Origin: Guillardia theta CCMP2712
Lineage: Eukaryota; Protista; Cryptophyta
Assembly: GCF_000315625.1 (NCBI RefSeq)
Contig: NW_005434651.1
Coordinates: 354,045-418,044, forward strand
DNA length: 64,000 nucleotides
Direction: 5' to 3'
Shown in pieces: positions 49,641 through 64,000 of this stretch (positions within the stretch are counted from its first letter, which is position 1; each line of letters begins with the position of its first letter). The translations under genes were made by a program, and so were the position numbers. The notes below the pieces were generated by a model that made no database searches, was not told the origin of the DNA, and saw only the letters and a list, made by a program, of their open reading frames with translations.

Positions 49641-52090
49641 TCAGATTTTCTCGAGCGGAGTGATGCCCAACAGACTCATTCCCTTCTTCATCACTGCTGC
49701 CACAACCTCACAGATCACCAAACGCTGTGACTGTAGGGGATCTCCGATGACGTGGCAGTCGCGGTAGAAGTCGTTGAACTTCTCTGCAGTGTCATAGAGG
49801 AACTCGCAGATGAGATGAGGCAGCAACGTGTCAGCAACGCGCTCCACGACCTCTGGGAACTTGAGGATGTGGAGGACGAGCTGATACTCCTTGGGATGCT
49901 GCACGCTAGGAAGGACGTTGGCAAGGTCCTGCAGCTTGACGCCAGCTCTAGCCTTGATGGACGTGATCCTTGCATACGAGTACATCAAGTAGACGGCTGT
50001 GTTGCCCTTGAGGTCCAACATCTTGTCATACGAGAACTGGTAGTCAGAGATCCGATGCTGCCTCAAGTCCGCGTACTTGACGCAACCGTAGCCGATCCTC
50101 CTGGACGCTTCCTCCAGGTCGCCCTCTGCCATCTGCGTGGTGGATCCTTCCGTGTTCATCCTCTCGCGCAGGTGGGTCAGGGATCTCGTCACGGCTTCGT
50201 CGAGCAGGTCCACGAGCTTCGTGACCTCCCCTGACCTCGTCTTGAACTTCTTCTTGTCATCGCCTGCCAGCATCTGTCAGAGACCCTGTGGAGTTGGAGA
50301 CGGCAGATACCGAGGACAAGACCAAAGGGAACGTGGTCAAGGCGAGCTCCTCCTTCACACCATCCAGCCCTCTTGGCAGCATGGAAGATCATCTCGAAGT
50401 GCTCGCTCTGCCCCGCATCTGTCACGTAGATCACACGATCCTGCAACAAACTCTGTCATGTCAAGTGGATTAATCACTGCATACTCTTACCGCCTTCATT
50501 TCCTGCAACCGGTACTTGACCGCCGTCAAATCGGTACTATCGTAGCCGTACCTGCTCATTTCTTTTCAGCCCTTGTTTTCATTTCTCTCCTCTCGCTCAC
50601 CCGCCATCAGACTTGACAGCCATCAGAGGAAACTGCTTCCCACACTGAATGATCTTCGCTCCATCACTTTCTTCCACCATCCCTTTCGCCGTGAGCTCCT
50701 TCACAACGTCGGGGATGCGCGAGTTGTAGAAACTCTCGCCCTGCCTACCGTCAACCGACTACAGTGGATCCGCCAAGGTCAACCTGCTCGACGAGTCCCG
50801 CACACTCAAGGCGGTCATAGACCATCTGGAACTGAATGCGCGAGACATCGCACAAGGCCTTCCAGCACTGAAGGGAGTACGGGTCCCCCGCCTGCCAGCT
50901 CTTCCGTTACCAACGTCAACTAAGACGCCGCGTCCACCTGAAGGGTGACAACCGACGTACGCGAAGCTTCTTTGAACTCTGCGTCTTCGTCGAATCGTTT
51001 CTTCGCCTCCTTATAGAACCTGAGCATCGGCAACTTTCAGTGGTCGCCAGTCACGTCGGGCGTTTCATCACGTGGTCAGATCACTGATGTTTGGCGGCTG
51101 CTCGTGGAAGTTGGGGTAGGCAGTCTGTCAGCCAGCATGAGCGCAAGTAGTTCACAACATGGAAGCATCAGTCTTGCGTCATACCCTGAGATGGTTGATC
51201 AGCATCCCGAACTGTGTACCCCAGTCTCCGACATGGTTGATGCGGTGGACCTGACGTCAGCCCTCTCAGCTCACCCCCACGTCCATCGCTCCTCTCACCC
51301 TGTGTCCGCAAAACTCCAGCACTCTGCAGATCGACTCCCCGATGATGGTTGATCGCAGATGTCCCTACTCCTCGTCATCCGCCGGCCACAAACGGGGACA
51401 GAGCTCTTACCACGTGCATTTCCTTGGCGATGTTGGGAGAGGAGAAGTCCACCACAACCTCTTGCGGCTGGCTGGCTGGAGGCTGCGGTCCTGTTTAACA
51501 TAGTCTTAGCAGATGGTGCGAGCCTGTCAGGGGTGCCACCATTCTTGAGGATCTTGGCAAAAGACTCAGCGATGAAGGCGGGGTCCAAGAAGATGTTGAT
51601 GAAGCCTTGAAGCCGAACTCAGAGGCAGCGCATGCAGTGAATGCTCACCTGGTCCTGCGATCTCAGTCTTCAGAAGCACTTTGTTCTTCGGTATGCATTC
51701 CACGATTCGCGCCGACACATCCCGGGGAGCCTTTGGCGCGTCAGCCACACCCTGCGTGGGGATAAGCGAAACCATTCGCACGGCCAAGGCATGAGAGACA
51801 ACCTTGTCCTTGAGGATCTTGTGAATTGCCATGGCTGAGTTGCACTGATAGTCACCATGCTTGGCGTCGGAAGTGGCCTGAACTACAAGCCAGCGACTCT
51901 TTTCAAGGGACTCTGGTACGATGGGAAATGCTTGAGCGATGGCCTTTTCAAAGAGGAGGGTGACAGCGGAGATGAGTGTCGTCTCTTCTCCTGCTGCTGC
52001 CTGCACCTGTCGCTTGAGTGCCTGAAGCGCCTCCTCCACCTCCTCCAGCGCCTTCACGTTCCCCGTCAGACGCTTTCCCAAGTCCTCCAT
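49641..52090 (-). CDS. RARS: Arginyl-tRNA synthetase; multi-exon
   Basis: [15 protein letters not shown]|[16 protein letters not shown]|GHLRSTIIG (HIGH motif), [33 protein letters not shown] and [14 protein letters not shown]. Confidence 0.96.
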
Positions 52091-52421
52091 GCTCTCGTGT
52101 GCGGCTAAACCCCCACCCCACCTCTTCTTTCCCCACAATCGCAGCGCAATGGAGGGGTGTCATTATGGTCTCCCATCATCCGAGGATATCATGATGACTC
52201 ATCGCCCGAGTCCGACAGAAGTTCCCGGAGGCTGCGGCCCGACCGGGTCACTGAGAGTTAAGTGATAATTACTGGTACCATCACGTGACTCGGACTCCCC
52301 GGTACATTGTCCGACAATCACTGAGGCAGACTTGGTATCATATTTGAGTAATAGTTTTCATTTTCAACGGCCTGCGATGGGCAAGTGGAGGACAAGGGAC
52401 TGAAAGAGGTGAAGCTCGAGC

Positions 52422-55400
52422 ATGGCAGAGAACGAGATGGAGGTCGCACAAACCCCAGAGCTTGATACCAGCAATGAAGTTGCAGCTGATGCAAACGAAG
52501 GAGATCACGGCGGGAGGAGGAGGAGGAGGTAAATCCGCTCCGATGTTATTCAAACGCTGAAAAAACGTCACTTGGTTGTCAGGCAAGCGGCATCAGATGC
52601 TCTGCCGCCCGTGAACGATCCTGCCGTTGAGAGCAGAAGGAGGCGCGGAGTCTTGAAAGCAAACAAGTAATGTTTGTTGGGTTGTCAAGCAAAAGCTGAG
52701 ATTTCGCTACAGGGTTTTGCCAGAGGAAGAGGGGGCAGACAAGTCGAGGAGAAAGAGGAAAGTGAAGCTTGAAAGCAAGCAGACGCCTTCAGACACCAAC
52801 GTTAATCCTCCTGTTGAAGAGGGAGAGCCTCAAAAGCCGGCCAATGGTAACGACATTTTGAAAGGAGTTGATGAGCATCAGGCCGAGGAAAAATGCCAGC
52901 AGGGAGATCCGCCGCAAGCATCGAACGAGTTCTGGGACTTGTGCATGGTGATCGATGTTGCAGCTCATGTCTCGACATTCGGCGGAGAACACACAGTCCA
53001 AGAAAAAATGGCTGAGGCCGAGAGAGAGATCAGTGGCTTCCTCCAGCTGCTACGCGAGGTCGGGGTCCAGCACACGGAGTATGAAGTGATCGACGAGCAT
53101 CAAGGAGTGTGCGGACCTGTGATGATCCTTTGCACTGCCAGTCAGAGTGAATTCGAGGAAGAAGCAGAGATCATGACGCTGAGCAAGCCTCTCATCCTCA
53201 TCCCGGAGGCTCAGGGTAAGTTTGGGAAGAGCGCGACGTACGGGAGGATTTGCGCCCGTTCAGCGTCGCGAGGAAGACAGCGTTCCACGAGTCGCCTTAC
53301 CTGCGAGGAGATGACGTGGTCCCGAATGACTCGATGGAAGAGGTGAAGAGAGGAGGAGGAGGAGGAGGAGGAGGTGGTGGTGGTGGTGGAGAAAAGGTAA
53401 TGAGAGAGGTGGAGAAAAGGTAATGAGAAGGGAAGGAGGGTGGGAAAGAGGGAGGGAAGGAGAGAGAGGAGGTAGTTCGGACATAGTGAAGTGAAGAGGA
53501 TGAGAAGAAAGGAGAAGGGATGAAAGAATAGTATGCAATCACTGATTCTCTTGTCAGTCGGCTTACTCGCACAAGTACTTCAGTGCTTGCGAGCGGCAGT
53601 ACCTCCTCGAGCACATGATCGAGTCCAAAATTCGTCTGGCCCTCCACGAGAAGATTCTTGCCCCTAAAACCGTCATCGACTTCTTCCCGCTGCATGAAGA
53701 CGACGGGGAGAACAAGAACTATCGTGACTTGTCGTGGCTGCGTCAGAACTGGGCGATTCCCCTGCGAACCCAACGCTTGCTCGCTCCTCTCAAGGTGACC
53801 AGTTGCCTCCCGTTCTCCTCCAGCTGACGGGGAGCTCAAGATCTTGTCAAATCCGCACATCGGCATGGAAGAGCCGATCGAGGAGGTTCGAGACTATTTC
53901 GGCGATCAGATCGCCATGTACTTTGCCTTCCTCAGTTTCTACACGCGATGGCTTAGCTATCCTGCCATCGTGGGCCTTGCATTCCAGGTTGAAAAGCAGA
54001 GGGTAGAGAGGAACGCAGGGGGGAAGGGGGAAGGACTGGGAAGGGAGGGAGAGGAGGAGGAGGGCGGAGAGGGTACGGGCATGTCTGAGAGTGAACTAGA
54101 TCTGGATCTCAGTATCGGGAACAGACAACTGGGCGCTTGTTGCCTACTGCGTGTTCATCACGTTCTGGGGATGTCTCATGATTAAGTACTGGGAGCGAAA
54201 GCAGGTTTGTCTGCTCGCTGCTCCTCTCCTCCGGCCTCTTTCCTTATCTCCGCCCTTCTTCGAAATTTAGTTTTTCCCCCCCCCCCCCCCTCTTCCTCCC
54301 TCCTCTCTCTTCTTCATAGTCTGTATTCTCAATGTACCCTGCTGATCTCTCACCAAGAGCTCCTATGCCTACTACTGGTCAACGAGTGACCTCGCCAACA
54401 GACCAAAGGTGATCGAAGCATATCCTTGTCACCATCAAATCCCTCCCCCCCCCCCCCTCCCCCGCACCCCCAGTGTTCCTTTGTTGTTCTCCCTTTCCTT
54501 ACCTCCTTATCAGGTCCGGCGAGAATTCTTTGCGGCAATCGACAAGCTGCAAGGGCCCTCCGAAGAGAATCAAATCTTCTCCTCCAACCTCTCCCCACTC
54601 GAGGCGAGGGAGACTAGAGTTCTTCGGAGGAATAAGAAGACAGGACAGGTCCGCTCCTCCCTTCTCCTTTCCTCCTCTCCTTTCTCCTCTTCCCCTACAT
54701 GACCTTCATGGTTCAGATGGAGTACAAGTATCCCAAGTGTCTGCGCCTGCAAGTGTACTTCCTTTCCTTCGGCTTTTCAATGACGGTATCATCTATGCTT
54801 CAGTCCATCATGAGCGAAGGGGAGGGCGAGGGTGAGGGTGGAAGAGGTGGAAGAGGGTGCGGAGAGGGAGGATGGAGGGAGGAAAGGGAAGGGGAAGAAG
54901 GCAGACGTTGAGGAGGAGAAGGAAGACTGAGATTCTTGGCAGCTGCTGGGTTGTGTGTGTATCTTCTTCATCTACTTCTACCTCATCAACGTCATTGCAA
55001 GCTACTGGGATTGTCAGAAAGGAGCTATCATCGGCGCCATCGTTCATTCATCTTTGATCATCATCACAAGCACCATCTATCGTAAAGTTGCCATCATCAT
55101 CAACGACTGGGAAGTTCACCGCACCGACATCAAGTACGAGAACAGTCTGATCCTGAAGGTGCGTCTCCCCTCCCCTCCCCCTCCCCTCCCCTCCCCACCC
55201 GTATACTCATCTCTTCGCCTGCCTTCTTGTCTTCCCTTGTCTCCGCCCCCCACCCCCCTTTCCTCTCCTCTCACCTTCCTCAGCCCTTCCTCGAAAGTCT
55301 TCCTGCATCATCCCGATTTCTCTCATCCCGGGGCCTCCAGTCCGCTAACGCCATCACAGATCTTCCTGTTTGAGTTCTGCAACAACTTCCTCTCTATGAT

Positions 55401-56543
55401 ATGGATTGCTTTCTTCTCCCTCTACTTCTGTCAAGACATCCCGGCCATGCAGCAAACCCTCACAGGCATTAGCCCCGAAAACCAGTGCATCGACACTTCC
55501 ACCATCAAGGTCCTCCTCTTCTTCTTCCTCCTTCTCCTCCTCCTCCTCCTTCTCCTTCGCCTCTTCCTCCAGCTCTTCCTCATCCTTCTTTTCCTCACTC
55601 TCTTAGCAGACATGCGGGAATGAGACGCGCAAGTCTCTTTTCAATCAGCTTCAGATCAAGCTCGGAACTCTCTTTATCACCAGAATGATCGTCGGCAACA
55701 TTAGCGAGGTCGCTCGTCCTACCATCGCCTCCTCCTCCTCCCTCCCTCCCTCCCTCCCTCCCTCCCTCTGCCTCCTCACTCCATCAGCGTATCTCCTTGT
55801 CTCAGCTGACTCTGGTCTCAGTTGCTCCCGCACAGCTCCTTCTTCAAGCGCTGTATGTCTCTGTTTGACTGCAAGCGAGGCAAACGAAAGGAGGAGGAGG
55901 AGGCAGGCGCCAACCTTGAGGTTCGAGTGGACGCGCCTGGAAACAATGAGGTGGGGGGACTCTAAAACTTCGTCTCTTTCTCTCTTCCTCCTCCTCCATT
56001 TATTCTCCTCCTCCCTCTCTTCTCTTCTTTCATTTACAAATCTCCTTCAGCCGCTCACCAAGTCTCGAGCATGGTGGAGGAAGAAGAGTCTTGAAGAGAT
56101 GGTTCTGTCCTCGGACCCTCTCCTCTCCTCTCTCATCTTGTCCTCACAGAATTTGGGTCTGTATGGTGATGGAGGTGACGCTTGCACGGTAGACGATTAT
56201 TTGGAGATTGTTATCCAGTAAGATCCCCCCCCTTCCCCTCCTCCTCTCCTTCCTCCCGCTCTTCTCCTCTCCTTCCCCTCCCTCCTCCCCCTCCTCCCCC
56301 CCCCCTTCTTCTCCTTTTATCGGCCGGCGCNNNNNNNNNNNNNNNNNNNNNNNNNNNNNNNNNNNNNNNNNNNNNNNNNNNNNNNNNNNNNNNNNNNNNN
56401 NNNNNNNNNNNNNNNNNNNNNNNNNNNNNNTTGAGAGCTTCATCGACAGCTACAAACTCTGCCATCTGCAGCGTCGGCCGCTGGCTCAGAGGGGTGAGAG
56501 GCGCGCTCCACTTCTTCTCCCTTCCCTGCCCTCCTTCTCCCTC

Positions 56544-56625
<82 letters not shown>

Positions 56626-57832
56626 TTCTTCTCCCCTCCCTTCTACATTCTCCCTCCTCTCCCTCCTTCCTCTTCCTCCCCATCCTTGCTCTTCCCGCCT
56701 CTTCCTCTTCCTCTGGCTCTACTGCTGCCCAGCCGCTCTACCTTGACCTGCCGACAGTCTCCTCCATACCCACCACATGGATGCACGTGCTCAAGGCCAC
56801 AGCCCTCGCGAGTGTGGTGAGAGAGGAAGGAGGTGAAGGAAGAGGACGGGACGTGAAAGCAGAGACCAGCGAAGAACGTGGAGCCAGAAACACGGGAGAG
56901 TTGGGAGGAAGAGGGGTTAGGTAGAGGAGGAGGAGGAGGAGGATAGGTAGAAGCGGAGGTGGCTATGAAGAGGACTAGGGGATGGTAGAGGAGGAGGAGG
57001 AGGAGGAGGCAGGCGTGCGGGCGTGCGGGCGTGCGGGCGTGCGGCTGATTTCTCATCAGATCACCAACATTGTCGTAGTGTTTGAGACTGCTTCGAGTGT
57101 GCTGGGAGCCTTCAATGTGAGCAGTGGAGGAGAAGAGGAGGGGGAATGAGGGGTGGGTGGGTGAGGCTTCGATGGTGAGACGGAGGGGTGGTGTGTGTGT
57201 GTGTGTGTGTGTGGCGCTAGGTAGCAGAGGGAGCTTGAGGGGAGGAGGACGAGGCTGACGTGATCTGGAAGCTCTCGGTGAACTCGGAGAGCAAGTGGAT
57301 AGTCGCGTTTGTCTTCGAGCATATCATCGTCTTCGTCATTATCATCATATTCGGCTCCATCCCGGGCGAGAGCAAAGGCATCACCAAGTGAGACCTCAAG
57401 GCTGCCCGCCACCCCTCCCCTCCCCTGCTAACAAACCCTATCTCCATCCCTTCTCCCGCTTTCTGACGCGTCTTCCCTCCCCTGCTGACGTGGCGCAAGG
57501 CTCAAGGCTCTCTCCAACAACATCAAAGATTTTGTCCTCACTCAGATGGGACGGGAGACAAGAATGCAGCACACCTCCATGACCCCCAACGCGGTGACAT
57601 GCCTGCCTTCCTCTCCCTCCCCATCACCCCTCCCTTCCCTCGCCTCCTCCGTCCCTCCACCTCCCCTCCGTCCGTCCGTTCCTCCACTCACCTCCCTCCC
57701 TCCCCCACCCTCCTCCCTCCATCCCTGGTTGCTTGCCTGCCCCTCCTCCCTGTCCTCTGTCTCTTTCGTTCTCACTCTGGCTGACAGATCGCGAAGATGA
57801 GGTTGCAACTTATCACAAGAACCTCTGGCTAG
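52422..57832 (+). CDS. Anoctamin/TMEM16 Ca2+-activated channel or scramblase; multi-exon, contains an assembly gap
   Basis: FPLHE, EPIEEVRDYFGDQIAMYFAFLSFYTRWL, YWERKQ, EVHRTDIKYENSLILK|IFLFEFCNNF, DDYLEIVIQ, IDSYKLCHLQRRP and FVFEH. Confidence 0.9.
56331..56430. other. Assembly gap (100 N)
   Basis: Run of N. It probably hides at least one anoctamin exon (the FGY..LF..AFP region). Confidence 0.99.
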
Positions 57833-57933
57833 GAGTGGCCGAAACCTGCTGAAGTTTGTTGAATGTTTAAAAAGTCAGTCTGAAATTTCTCTTAAAGTAT
57901 GAATAGTTTGTTTCAAAGTGTGAATGATTCGTT

Positions 57934-57963
57934 TTAAAATGCTGAATAACCCCATCCCCTACC

Positions 57964-58014
<51 letters not shown>

Positions 58015-60149
58015 ACTATCCTTCCTCCCGCTCCACACCTTCCGCTTGACGTCGTCGTCGTCGTCGTACGCATCGTACAGGAAGATTCCTCTCCTCTTGT
58101 CGCTCCTCTCCCCAGGCAAGGCGAACCGACAGCTTTGGTTGACGCTGTCGTAGAGGATCTTTGGGGAGAAGGCCTCGGACTCTGAGTTCTCCAGGAAGAG
58201 AGTCGGGGAGGAGAGGTTCATGAGAACGTCAGGGGGAAAACCCAGAGGGTTTCTGCTCCCCGTGCAGTTGTAGGGGTCGAGCTCGTCCCTGCTAGAGGCG
58301 AGGACCTCGTAGTCTCTGAGCCATGGCGCGTACACGGACCGCTCCTTCCACTCCTCCTCCAGGTCAAGGGAGGAAAACGACGCTCGTTCCAATACCAAGT
58401 AGGACTCGGAGGAAGCAGAAGAGTCCTCCCCTTCCTGCCTTTCCTTGTCCTTGTCCTTGTCCTTGTCCTTGTGAACTCCCTCCCCTCCCTCCTCCTCCTC
58501 CTCCTCCGCCACCTCCTCCTCTTCCTCCTCAAAGTTCAGCCCCGGGAATGGCCGGTAGTAACGAAGGTGCTCGTTGAAATCTCGCATGACCACCTCCTCC
58601 ACTGGGACATCGCGGAACATAGGCGATTCCTCCTGCTTCGTAGCCTTCACGAGCTCCATTGTGATCGGAGAGTTGGGGGACTTGCGGGTCACAAACTGAT
58701 AATCGTCGTTGTACAGCTCCTCCTCAGAATCAACCTCCACCTTGTTGGTAACCTCGGAGTTGTTCTCGAGCCTTTGTTTGAGGACGACGAATGTCCGCTG
58801 GAACTTCCTCCTCTTCATCCACTCCACAGGCCGGTTCATCTCCTCTTGCAGCACTCTCCTTTGCTCCGCTCGGATCAGCGCTCCCTTGGCTACCTGGTCT
58901 GCAGTCGGCTCCTGCATTTTGAAGGCCCTTTCGCTCCTCAGGCTCTTCATGTACACCCCCGATCGCATCCACTCGCTCGCGTTCGCTCGACGCTCATTGA
59001 GCACCCACTGGCTCTGCTCAAAGGAGCATGCGGAGAGCAACAGCCTCTTCGGCCTTCTCTCCGATCCCCACGTCTCCGTCTGACAACTGTAGCAATCAGA
59101 CAGCACTAGCTGTGTGCTCTTGGACGAGGCGGGGACTACCAGTGCGCCGATGCGGATCCTCCGAAGGCAGAGCTCAGAACCTCTGATAATGGCATCGCCC
59201 TCCAGCGACATGCCGTACCCTCCATACTGCAACGAACATCGTGACAGATCGGCTAAACTTGACCCTGAGCATCGCAGCACCGCTCCGACCGAGTCCTGCA
59301 GGACGCTCATGTTCACCGATATCATCGCCGACTCCTCCATGCTGACACAGAAGGCAGCACGGAGCTCGTTGCTGTCCAGGCCTTCAAGCACGCACCCTTC
59401 ACACATCGCTCCTCCTTGGCCCACCATGTGGACGATGATACCTCTCCCGCACTGAAGGCGAGAGTTCATCAAACTCCACGGCCGTCCGAGGACGAGGAGC
59501 AAGGAGGGGATCTCAGCGTCCAGCGTGTGAGGATAGGGGATGTACGAGTGGATGTGATTGATTGCTCCGCTACTTCCTGCATTGAATGTCCATCTGCTCA
59601 TGACGATGCTGTCGCGGCCATCCAGACCAAACAAACAGACTGGGCAGTCCTGGTCGGCGGCCTGGTCGTGCAATCTGAGATGAGAGCAGCCTTGCCTCGA
59701 CTTGGACTTCTCTCTCTCCGTCTCCAAGGCAAGCCTTCCGTGTAGTTGCAAGCATGCTTCCGATGAGACGTTGATGTGCTGTATCAAGGTTACCTTGAGG
59801 AACATCCTCCTCCTCCACTACCTTCATGTCGTAGTATCCTTCTCTCAACGTCAGGATAGTCTTCCCTGCATCATCTCACGCTGTCAATCACAGCATCATC
59901 CTCAATTTGCGATCAACCTGGTTGCGAGCTCCCGCCTCCCTCCTCGATCCCCGTCCGCACCTCTCCTGCATCGCATGACGTGCTCAATCTCAGGTACCGC
60001 GAAGCACCGGGAGCATCGAGGACAGCTGAGAAGCTCCTCTTCCCCAGGGCTGACGGCGCAGGAACGTCTGATGGGGTAGCTGACGAGAGGAGGAGGAGGA
60101 GGAGGAGGAGGAGGGGGAGAGGGGGAGGGGGCATGCATGGAACGAGCAT
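57934..60149 (-). CDS. Signal-peptide beta-helix-like protein with a long acidic C-terminal tail; paralogue of 47895-49542
   Basis: N-terminus MLVPCMPPPPLPLLLLLLLLLSSA. The 623-aa ORF contains WTFNAGSSG, PSLLLVLGRPWSL, GGAMCEGCVLEG and WGSERRPKRL. Confidence 0.7.
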
Positions 60150-60245
60150 CAGATTTCATTGCGCCCCCCCACTTGCCATTGGGACCCTCTAGGGTGGGGG
60201 TCTTTTTGCTACGAAGAGGGGGTGGGGTTCGAGGGCTAGCAGGAG

Positions 60246-61926
<1,681 letters not shown>

Positions 61927-61949
61927 TTTACAAGATAGTTTACAAGTAC

Positions 61950-63251
61950 ACCTCCTCCTCAGAATGGTGGTCTTCGTGGAAAACTTTAGCAATCTGCGAT
62001 CGAATGTGATCAATCAAGTGCATCTCAAACATTTCTGGGTTACCTTGAGGGCAGCAGCCTTCTTAATTGCCGAAGCTTCGTTCATGTCCTTGGTGTCTAT
62101 TAGATTCTTCCACTCGCACTCCTCAACTCACCAGGAGCGCTGCATTTCGATGTGCGGTCTCCCTCTCACGAAGGCGTTGGATCCTCTTTGCCAGTTCACT
62201 GGCGATCACCTGCTCCTTGTTGGGTCCTTGTACCTGTGAGGTTTCAACCATGGATTGAGGCAGGCAGGAGGGAGGAAGAGATCAAGACCTGCAAGGAGCG
62301 TTGCTGTGCCTGCTTGGCTTGAGACTTGGGTCTCGAAGTAGCGCTTGAGATCCCTTCATTGCTGCTAGTCTCGGAGAGCGAAGGTGTTGATTCAAACAAA
62401 TCGATTTTGTGTAGAATTCCATGGAAGACGCTCTCTAGCGCGTTTCGCACCTCTGGATTTACCTGGAGCTGATCTGTAAGCCTAAAAGCAAAATTGCAAG
62501 ACAGAAGAACGGACATTGCGCCGAACATGTCCGCTCTCGCTTGCCTGTCTGGACGCCACCGCACCTGTCGGGGGGTCAAAATACCGTGTACATGTTCATT
62601 CTCGTTGAGACTGACCCTTCTTCGCAAAGCTTCCATGTTCGTCATTGTGTCTGTACATGATGTCATGACCGCACACCACAAGCTCCACGGCATTCTTCAC
62701 CTGGCATTGCCGGCCTTGGACTGCAGGTTCTCATGCGCAACTCGTCGTTTGTCGAGGTGTAAATATTGAGCGAGCTGGCGCATCTTCATGTCCTGATTCA
62801 CTCCTGCAAGAAATCCTCGTTCATCACGTGTCTGCTCAGATGCCTCGGATTGAGTTCGCTGGGCTGCTGCCACAATCGCAGCCTGAAGGAACCTTATGAG
62901 GTCAACATACGTGGACGAATTTGCTACCTTGGTGGCTGCAAGCTCCGCCGCCGCAATAATGCTACTCGAGCTTGCATCAGGTCTGGCAGCTAGGAGTGAC
63001 ATCTCTTGGTGTATCGTTTCCCCGAGCTGTTTCGCCGCTTCCTCCTCGCTCGTGGCGTCTTGCCGCATCCGTCCAACATCGCCATTTGACAAGAACCCTC
63101 TTGTGAGAGCTGCTGTTGACGCGGAAGCAAGACGAGTGACGAGGAGAGATGACGGTGACTGGAGACTCGACAGCATGACACACAGGACGAGAGCTCCTGC
63201 TGCCATCCCTGCCGCTCCTTCCCGCCACCTCCGCTCTCCCCCTCCTGCCAT
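61950..63251 (-). CDS. Multi-exon coiled-coil protein with an N-terminal hydrophobic segment
   Basis: Starts MAGGGERRWREGAAGMAAGALVLCVMLSSL; helical exons continue through 62244-62693. The 3' end is approximate. Confidence 0.55.
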
Positions 63252-63386
63252 ATTTGCCGGAATTAGGCAGGCAGAGCCGAGCCGCCGTTAAACCGTTACA
63301 AGACAAGAGCATGCCGTTACAGACCGTTGAGTCAGATGACTGATGATTGAAAGGTACAGACTTGTTTTTTTACTAATTTAACCAAA

Positions 63387-64000
63387 ATGGCGGCGTTAAA
63401 CGCGGCAATGCCGGTGCGGAGGGTGCTGGTGATGAGGAGGCGGGAAGAAGGTGAGGGAGGGGAGGGCGAGGGCGAGGGCGAGGGCGAGGGCGAGGAGAAG
63501 TTCTCCTTGGAGGGAAGCAGACGGAAACGTAAGACGGAAGCTCTGCGAGCTGTCCAGGAAGCTTATCAGCGAGCGCTCTTGCGGAGAGCGAAGGACCATG
63601 GGGCAACGATAGTGGACGAGGCAAGTGCCGCCGAACAGGAGCAAGGACAAGAGGAAGAGAAGAAGCGAGAGGAAAGGTTTGCTGTAGGGCAGAGCAAAAG
63701 CTCCAAGCAGCTCAGGCAGCAGATCCATGACCTTGTCAAGAAGAAGCAAGAGTTGGAGCATGCCGACCCGCCAGCCGCGGCCCTGGCAAATTCACTCAAG
63801 GTGAAGTAGACTGAAGGACACCTCTCCTGTCTCTTGCATTCATGGTGTGATGCTGATGATTCGCGCAGCCCTCGATGCCAAACAAGTCGATGCTCGCGCT
63901 CTCTCGTCGCCACAACTTCTCGTCTCCAAGGACAAGAGTACGAGCTTTCTCCTTCCTCCCTCTCCTCACAACTCGACTTTCGCAGGCTGCCATAGAGCAA
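63387..64000 (+). CDS. Hypothetical charged/coiled-coil protein; runs off the window end
   Basis: ATG at 63387 in an AAAATGG context; the 140-aa ORF ends near a GT donor (LK|gtgaag). Confidence 0.55.

Overview
Gene-dense, intron-rich eukaryotic nuclear DNA with many short (about 30-60 nt) spliceosomal introns, plus longer introns swollen by microsatellites. The style resembles a cryptophyte alga such as Guillardia; this is inference only. About 19 protein genes and one tRNA-Lys(CTT) are visible, mostly on alternating strands. Recognisable products: an NWD/TEP1-like C2-DUF4062-NACHT-WD40 protein, a GILT thiol reductase, a C2-like plus potato-inhibitor-I protein, an EF-hand coiled-coil protein, a secreted WCGHC thioredoxin missed by the ORF track, an NTE/PNPLA6-7 patatin phospholipase, a ~3000-aa LRR-only protein, two paralogous beta-helix-like proteins, arginyl-tRNA synthetase, an anoctamin (containing a 100-N gap) and a plant-type KDO8P synthase. 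The best novelty candidate is the STAND/NACHT protein: its P-loop has lost the catalytic Lys, and two C2 domains are inserted between Walker A and Walker B, which suggests a Ca2+/membrane-gated switch rather than a nucleotide-gated one. Other highlights are a membrane-anchored GILT with a ~270-aa coiled-coil/Trp-repeat stalk, a modular giant LRR protein, two micro-exons, and three recurring candidate promoter signatures. All exon junctions were assembled by eye and need RNA-seq confirmation.
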